64,000 bases of DNA from Staphylococcus phage AH12. Below are positions 58,843 through 64,000 of this stretch, in pieces. The notes under the pieces are model-generated. The model ran no database searches and had not been told where the DNA came from. It saw nothing but the letters and a program-made list of their open reading frames with translations. The stretch lies in sequence record OR455461.1, one strand, 5' to 3'. The position numbers were made by a program, and so were the translations under genes. Every line of letters starts with the position of its first letter. The first letter of the stretch is position 1.

Positions 58843-58872
58843 CCCCAATACCTAAATTAATAGGTATTGGGG
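58843..58872. terminator. bidirectional palindromic terminator element (CCCCAATACCTA aattaa TAGGTATTGGGG)
   Basis: Flanks identical to the copy at 30423. Confidence 0.65.
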
Positions 58873-58881
58873 ATTATATTT

Positions 58882-59730
58882 TTAACCTCTAATAATATCA
58901 TCATCAGAAAGTTCTATTTTAGAACTTGCATCCATTTTATTTATTTCATCTGTATCTATTGTTTCTTTAATGAATTCTATTTTTAAATTCATTCCTAAAG
59001 AATTGATAACTGTTTCCATAGTCTTCCAAGTTAATTTTCCTTGTTTGATCATTTTATCTAAAGATGATTTTAGTTTACTTACTACATTAACTTCATCTGA
59101 ATTCTTTTCTATCTCACCAAATAACATTTCAAATGTATAACCTTCATTACCTAATATTTCTAAGAAATCCACAAATTCTAGTATATATTCTTCATATAAA
59201 ACATCTGGCATTAATTTAAATCCTAGTTTACCTGAAAATTTAGATGTCTTAGTTTTTCTTTTAGGATTATATAAAGTTAATTCATCTTTATCTTTAAATT
59301 CCTCTGAAACTAATGAAGCTTTATATCCAATTACTTCACAAATACTAATTAATGAATGTATAGTAAATACTTTACTACTCTTCAATCTATACATAGTGTT
59401 TTTAAATGAATCGATTTCACCTTCACCATATACTTTAGCATATCTTTCAAAATATTCTTCGAAAGTCATTCCTTCTTTATCGCCTACAATATTTTCCATA
59501 AATTGAATTACCTTTTTACCTAAATAAGGTAATTTATCATATTCTTCTTTAGTAACAATTCCTTGTATACTACCATGATATTTTGAAGAATTTGATTGTT
59601 CTTCTTGATCTTCCATTTCATCATTTAATTCAGTATATCTGACATCTTTAAATACCGATTTAACATCAACTTCGTCTACATTAGATATAATTCTTTCTAA
59701 TTCGTCTGAAACATCTCTATTGTTTTTCAT
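58882..59730 (-). CDS. hypothetical protein
   Basis: 282-aa ORF. Confidence 0.5.
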   Translation of the reverse strand: MKNNRDVSDELERIISNVDEVDVKSVFKDVRYTELNDEMEDQEEQSNSSKYHGSIQGIVTKEEYDKLPYLGKKVIQFMENIVGDKEGMTFEEYFERYAKVYGEGEIDSFKNTMYRLKSSKVFTIHSLISICEVIGYKASLVSEEFKDKDELTLYNPKRKTKTSKFSGKLGFKLMPDVLYEEYILEFVDFLEILGNEGYTFEMLFGEIEKNSDEVNVVSKLKSSLDKMIKQGKLTWKTMETVINSLGMNLKIEFIKETIDTDEINKMDASSKIELSDDDIIRG

Positions 59731-59772
59731 TTACATAATCTCCTTACAGTATATAAAAAATAAATATAATAT

Positions 59773-59802
59773 TGGTATAATGTGAAATTAATCACATTAT
59801 AC
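59773..59802. other. perfect 12-bp inverted repeat GGTATAATGTGA aattaa TCACATTATACC
   Basis: Lies between 59811..61016 and 58882..59730. Terminator or operator. Confidence 0.45.
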
Positions 59803-59810
59803 CGTATTTA

Positions 59811-61016
59811 TTAAATTCCTAAATCATCATCTTTATCTAATTCTTTACTTTTACTTGTAAATTTATCTAATAACGATTTTGATCTACCTTGGTCTTCTTC
59901 ATTTTCTTCATTTACATTATTCGATAAGTCTTCCATAGATCCAGATTCTTTATTAACCTCTGCATCTTTAAACATTGTAGATTTATCAATTTGTCTATCT
60001 TCTTGTTGATTTTTAACTTCTGTTTTATCAGCAAAAGGTAAATCGTCATCAGTAATGTTATTCGCTGCACCAAAAGGATTTTCTGGAGTACTTTGTTGTT
60101 GATTTTGAGGTGTATTATTTACATTGCCGAAAGGATTTGGATTTGATTGTTGCTGTTGTTGAGGTTGATTAAAATTACCAAATTGATTATTTGATTGTTG
60201 AGGAGCATTATTCTGTTGTTGATTAAATCCTCCATTATTATTACCAAAATTTCCAAAACCATTATTTTGTTGATTAAATCCACCTGAGTTATTTTGTTGT
60301 CTTGGAGCGTTATTATATGAAGCTTTCTCATCCATATGGTGATTAGACATATCAGTTGGTAAACCTTGAGCTCTTAGTAATCCTTTAAGTAATTGATTAT
60401 TCTCAATTTCTTTAGCTTGCATTTCAGCTTGTACACATTGATTTCTAAATGTTAAAGGATCATTAGTAATTCTAACTAATAAATTAACTAAATTAATAAA
60501 AGCATTTGCTGAAATGAAATCATATTTATTATTATCATTTACAATAATAGCAAAACCGATTTCAGTTGAATTAGTACGTTTATTAACAATTGTAGTTGGA
60601 GCGAAAGCAATACCTTTACCTGAAACTAAGCTAGGTGATTGCCAAATATGATTTTGATACTCAGCAGTTACTTGATTATTTTGGAAAATACTATTAAAGT
60701 TTTCACCAATACTCTTGTAAGTAGCTTTTAAGAAATTATTAAATTCTTGTAAGTGTGGATAACTAATTAATACATCCTCTGAAATAGGTGCTTGACCTTG
60801 TTGGAATTTACTGTAAGAGAATGAAATATAATGGTTGCCGTTATTTTCAATTTCACTTAAAAATGGAATATTGTTATACTGACTTGATTTATAAGTATTG
60901 ATATATTCACCATTAATAGCATTACCAGTGTTTTTATTCTTTCTAGCAAATAGTGTGTAAATTGAAACTGAAACATTTTGTCCTCGGTATAGATGGTCTT
61001 TGAAATTTGTTAACAT
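59811..61016 (-). CDS. protein with globular N-terminal domain and Q/N-rich FG-repeat-like low-complexity region
   Basis: GFGNFG, NQFGNF, NPFGN and NPFGAA embedded in a ~100-aa Q/N tract. Confidence 0.55.
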   Translation of the reverse strand: MLTNFKDHLYRGQNVSVSIYTLFARKNKNTGNAINGEYINTYKSSQYNNIPFLSEIENNGNHYISFSYSKFQQGQAPISEDVLISYPHLQEFNNFLKATYKSIGENFNSIFQNNQVTAEYQNHIWQSPSLVSGKGIAFAPTTIVNKRTNSTEIGFAIIVNDNNKYDFISANAFINLVNLLVRITNDPLTFRNQCVQAEMQAKEIENNQLLKGLLRAQGLPTDMSNHHMDEKASYNNAPRQQNNSGGFNQQNNGFGNFGNNNGGFNQQQNNAPQQSNNQFGNFNQPQQQQQSNPNPFGNVNNTPQNQQQSTPENPFGAANNITDDDLPFADKTEVKNQQEDRQIDKSTMFKDAEVNKESGSMEDLSNNVNEENEEDQGRSKSLLDKFTSKSKELDKDDDLGI

Positions 61017-61059
61017 AATAAAATCTCTCCTAATAAAATAATTTTTGTATTACTACTTT

Positions 61060-61080
61060 TATATAATATATATTTAAAAT
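61060..61080 (-). promoter_or_regulatory. class-A motif ATTTTAAATATATATTATATA (minus strand)
   Basis: About 44 nt upstream of the 61016 start. Confidence 0.35.
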
Positions 61081-61081
61081 T

Positions 61082-61690
61082 TTAGTCTAAAATTTTTGCT
61101 TTCTTAATGAATGACAATAATAATGATGCAATTGATAATGATGAATCAGTCATAGATTCATTTGTTCCCATTAATTCTTCTGCATAAGAATAATCGCCAT
61201 CTTTAATACTAGACATTCTTACTACTGATTTCACATCAATAGGTTGGAAATCAATGTATGAAGGAAATTCATAAGTGTTATCTGAAGATCCACCGTATAC
61301 CAATTCAATTAATTGACTCCATAAAGTTATTTCATCTATCCAGAAAACTAATTTATCTGCATATTCAGAAAGTCCTTCAAAATAATCTCTAATACGTTGA
61401 ACTTGAATAACCGTATCATCTTTAACTAATCTCAAGTTATAATCATCTAATGTTTTATCAATCTTAGTATAGCTAGACAATTGACCTTTTTCATATGCAT
61501 CTTTAAGCATTTCATTCTTAAATACTTCATTTAGATCTATATCTGAGAACTCTAAATACAAGTCTTTAAATTTAGGACTATCTACCATGAATGTCATATT
61601 GATAAATTCAGTATTAGTTTTAGGTGAAGTAGTTACCGCTGAAACTATTACATTTAACGCTGGCAATTTTTCTTCAATATATTCTATCAA
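61082..61690 (-). CDS. hypothetical protein
   Basis: 202-aa ORF. Confidence 0.5.
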   Translation of the reverse strand: MIEYIEEKLPALNVIVSAVTTSPKTNTEFINMTFMVDSPKFKDLYLEFSDIDLNEVFKNEMLKDAYEKGQLSSYTKIDKTLDDYNLRLVKDDTVIQVQRIRDYFEGLSEYADKLVFWIDEITLWSQLIELVYGGSSDNTYEFPSYIDFQPIDVKSVVRMSSIKDGDYSYAEELMGTNESMTDSSLSIASLLLSFIKKAKILD

Positions 61691-61692
61691 TC

Positions 61693-62406
61693 TTATAACC
61701 TACCTTCATATTTAATGTAAAATTCAAAACCATATTCATTTTTAAAATACTGTAAGAAATCATTTATCTTATTCATAATGAAATCTTTATTAGCAAATCT
61801 GAAGTCATATTTACTAATTGTATCTTTTTCTTTTTGAAGAGAGTTTAATTCTTTATTATTCTTATCCAATAACTCTTCATTACTAGATATTCTCTCTTTT
61901 AATTCATTTACTTCTTTTTTAAGTTTAAATGAATTATTCATACCTACTAGATTTAATAATGCATTAGATAAAGAACCTAGTTTAATTTTTTCATCTAGTT
62001 CATTATTTTTATCTTCTAATTCTCTATTATATTTTTTATTATTTCTATTCATAGTTGCAATAGCATTTTTTCTGGTATCTATTTTATTTTCTAATATATT
62101 TATTTGATTATTAATTGATTCTTTTAAAAAATCAATATTCTCTTCTAAGCTATATAAGAATATAATACCTTCATAAATATCAAATTCAATAAATTTGTTC
62201 AAGATTAAAAGAGATATATTATTTTTATTCTCAACTATATCAAAATTAGATTTAATATTTTTAATAATAGATGATTTAAAACTAGTGTGGTTAATTTTAA
62301 ATATCTCATCTGACAAAAAGTTATTAATATCTTTTCTTACATTTATAAATAATTCGTTGAGGTATTGATAATTATCAATTGCCTCTTTACGAGATATATG
62401 TGACAC
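61693..62406 (-). CDS. coiled-coil hypothetical protein
   Basis: 237-aa ORF. K/E/N-rich heptad-like sequence. Confidence 0.5.
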   Translation of the reverse strand: MSHISRKEAIDNYQYLNELFINVRKDINNFLSDEIFKINHTSFKSSIIKNIKSNFDIVENKNNISLLILNKFIEFDIYEGIIFLYSLEENIDFLKESINNQINILENKIDTRKNAIATMNRNNKKYNRELEDKNNELDEKIKLGSLSNALLNLVGMNNSFKLKKEVNELKERISSNEELLDKNNKELNSLQKEKDTISKYDFRFANKDFIMNKINDFLQYFKNEYGFEFYIKYEGRL

Positions 62407-62426
62407 AATACCTCAACTACCTTTCC

Positions 62427-63983
62427 TTATTTTAACTTAAAATCAGTAACGTTTAAAGCCTTTTTCTTAAATACATTTTTTAATCTATTATTAGCTTGTG
62501 TTACTAGTTTTTTAAATCCATGATCGACAAAATCAAAATACATCAATTTTTCATTTTCAATATAGCGTAATCTTCCCATTATCTGTATAACTTTACTTTC
62601 AGATGATAATGGAACTGTATTAATGACAGCTTTGAGACCAGGTATATCTATACCTGTTCCTAAAGATAAATCTGTAGTAATTATTAGATTAGATTCTAAT
62701 ACTTTAGATTTTTCTTCTTTATCAATTCCATCATAGTAGCGAATACAGTTTAGAAATTCTAATCCTTCTTTACCTAATTTTTCTTCTAAATAGTAATAAA
62801 ACTCATCTATCATATTTTTCAATTTAAACATAACGACAGTTTTTCTTATTTCTTTTTTCATAATAACTTCATTAATGATATTAAATATCATATCAAAATA
62901 TTCATCTTTTCTCTTATCTTTATCTATAAGATATTTACTGTAATGATTTATATTAAGACCATTTCTTCTTGATGCTGAAACAAAATCAGCTAGTTCTGTT
63001 TCACTAGGTTCACTATTGTAGCGTATAATGAACACATCATGATATTTAGATGGTATCTTTCTATTAGAAGCTATTTGTCTATCATAATTATCTGATCTAA
63101 ACATTGGTACGTTAAGGAATATATTACTGAATACCATATTCTCTGATTTATCAGATCTTTCAGGAGTTGCAGAAAGATATATAGATGGTAAATCTGTTTG
63201 TATATCTATATTTGTTAAACTTCTAAAGTCTAAATGTGCTTCATCAAATATTTTAATAGATACTTTAGTTTTAAATATTAGTTCTTGTAATTTTTCAATG
63301 TCGTCTTCTATAAATGAATTTAATGTCTTATACATAACTATATAGAAATCTATTTTACTACGTTCATCAGACTTCATTTTAAATAATTTATTAATACTTG
63401 ATTTACCTTGAATAATATATATTCTTTCGTCATCAATATTGGTATATTCTTTAATTTTATCAAACCATTGTTCTTTAAGTTTGTTATTATTAACAAATAT
63501 CATAGGAACTAGCTGACGATCAATAACACTTTTTAAAGCACAAAAAGTTTTACCTTCACCAGTTTTAAGTGATAAAAATTTCTGGGTTGAAGCTTCATAT
63601 ATACTAAAAGCGTTTAAGAATTCAATAGATTTCTTTTGTAATAAATCTCTTGGTTTAAAATTCATTTCCACATCATAATTCTTTTTAGGTTTAAAATATA
63701 AATTGTCTACTTTTCTAAAATCTTGAAAATCTACTTCTCCATGATTTTGTAATGACTGAATTAATATCTTCATATTTATTCCAGCAGGAAATGATATAGT
63801 TTTCTCTTCCTCATTATATATGAAAGCTTTATAAGTATATTTAAAGTATATTTTATCCCATACAGATAGATACTTCTCTATTGCTGAGCAATATCCTAGT
63901 TCATAATTTTCAACAAGAATTCGTGTCGGATAAACCGACACTTTTATTTTTCTTGTCTTATTTAAAACTACCATAAATTTCAA
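62427..63983 (-). CDS. SF2 DEAH-box DNA helicase (UvsW / type III res-like)
   Basis: Motif I TGEGKT, motif II FDEAH, motif III LSATPE, motif VI QIMGRLRY, in order. Confidence 0.75.
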   Translation of the reverse strand: MKFMVVLNKTRKIKVSVYPTRILVENYELGYCSAIEKYLSVWDKIYFKYTYKAFIYNEEEKTISFPAGINMKILIQSLQNHGEVDFQDFRKVDNLYFKPKKNYDVEMNFKPRDLLQKKSIEFLNAFSIYEASTQKFLSLKTGEGKTFCALKSVIDRQLVPMIFVNNNKLKEQWFDKIKEYTNIDDERIYIIQGKSSINKLFKMKSDERSKIDFYIVMYKTLNSFIEDDIEKLQELIFKTKVSIKIFDEAHLDFRSLTNIDIQTDLPSIYLSATPERSDKSENMVFSNIFLNVPMFRSDNYDRQIASNRKIPSKYHDVFIIRYNSEPSETELADFVSASRRNGLNINHYSKYLIDKDKRKDEYFDMIFNIINEVIMKKEIRKTVVMFKLKNMIDEFYYYLEEKLGKEGLEFLNCIRYYDGIDKEEKSKVLESNLIITTDLSLGTGIDIPGLKAVINTVPLSSESKVIQIMGRLRYIENEKLMYFDFVDHGFKKLVTQANNRLKNVFKKKALNVTDFKLK

Positions 63984-64000
63984 CTACTTTCTTATTTATT

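Noticed and set aside
62427-63983. Terminase large subunit
   Set aside because: The Walker A plus DEAH plus SAT plus QxxGRxxR motif set is that of an SF2 helicase. No terminase nuclease motifs are present.

Overview
This is an AT-rich (~27% GC), densely packed genome segment that looks like a jumbo tailed phage related to the uracil-DNA, two-RNA-polymerase lineage (Bacillus AR9/PBS1, Staphylococcus S6). The host is probably Staphylococcus: both lysins carry lysostaphin-like SH3b domains. Phage and host assignments are inferences, not matches.

Content, in order along the window:
- Replication and nucleotide-metabolism genes: SbcD/Mre11-like nuclease, DnaB-like helicase, guanylate-kinase-like protein, T4-RnaseH-like FEN, dCMP deaminase, RNase HI, SF2 DEAH helicase.
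- A GroEL-like chaperonin.
- A tandem family of paralogous helical proteins (19289-21749).
- Large structural ORFs (25390-30402).
- A tail-fibre region (collagen-like repeats, two LamG-like paralogs, Big_2 repeats) with an amidase+SH3b and a CHAP+SH3b lysin embedded in it.
- Two tRNA-like genes with abnormal anticodon arms.
- Three paralogous homing-endonuclease-like genes with a Vsr-like C-terminal nuclease domain.

The most striking locus is 40063-46756. A multisubunit RNA polymerase beta-like gene (+ strand) and a beta-prime C-terminal gene (- strand) are transcribed divergently. Both are broken into pieces by five ~100-200 nt elements that each carry the canonical group I intron core (P TAATTGCTGAG, Q AATCAGCATC, R GTTCAACGACTAAAT, S GATATAGTCT). 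One copy shows compensatory P4 changes, and there is at least one micro-exon. A homing-endonuclease cassette sits at the 3' end of the beta-prime gene, flanked by a 50-bp duplication of the last 16 codons that differs only at three wobble positions.

A candidate late-promoter motif, AACA-N6-TAT, occurs upstream of 13 genes, including the RNAP genes, the lysins and structural genes. A second motif, TTTAAATATATATTATAAA, lies upstream of several minus-strand genes, including the HE genes. A palindromic terminator family (CCCCAATACCTA-loop-TAGGTATTGGGG, with A/T-run flanks) recurs at least 9 times at gene ends.
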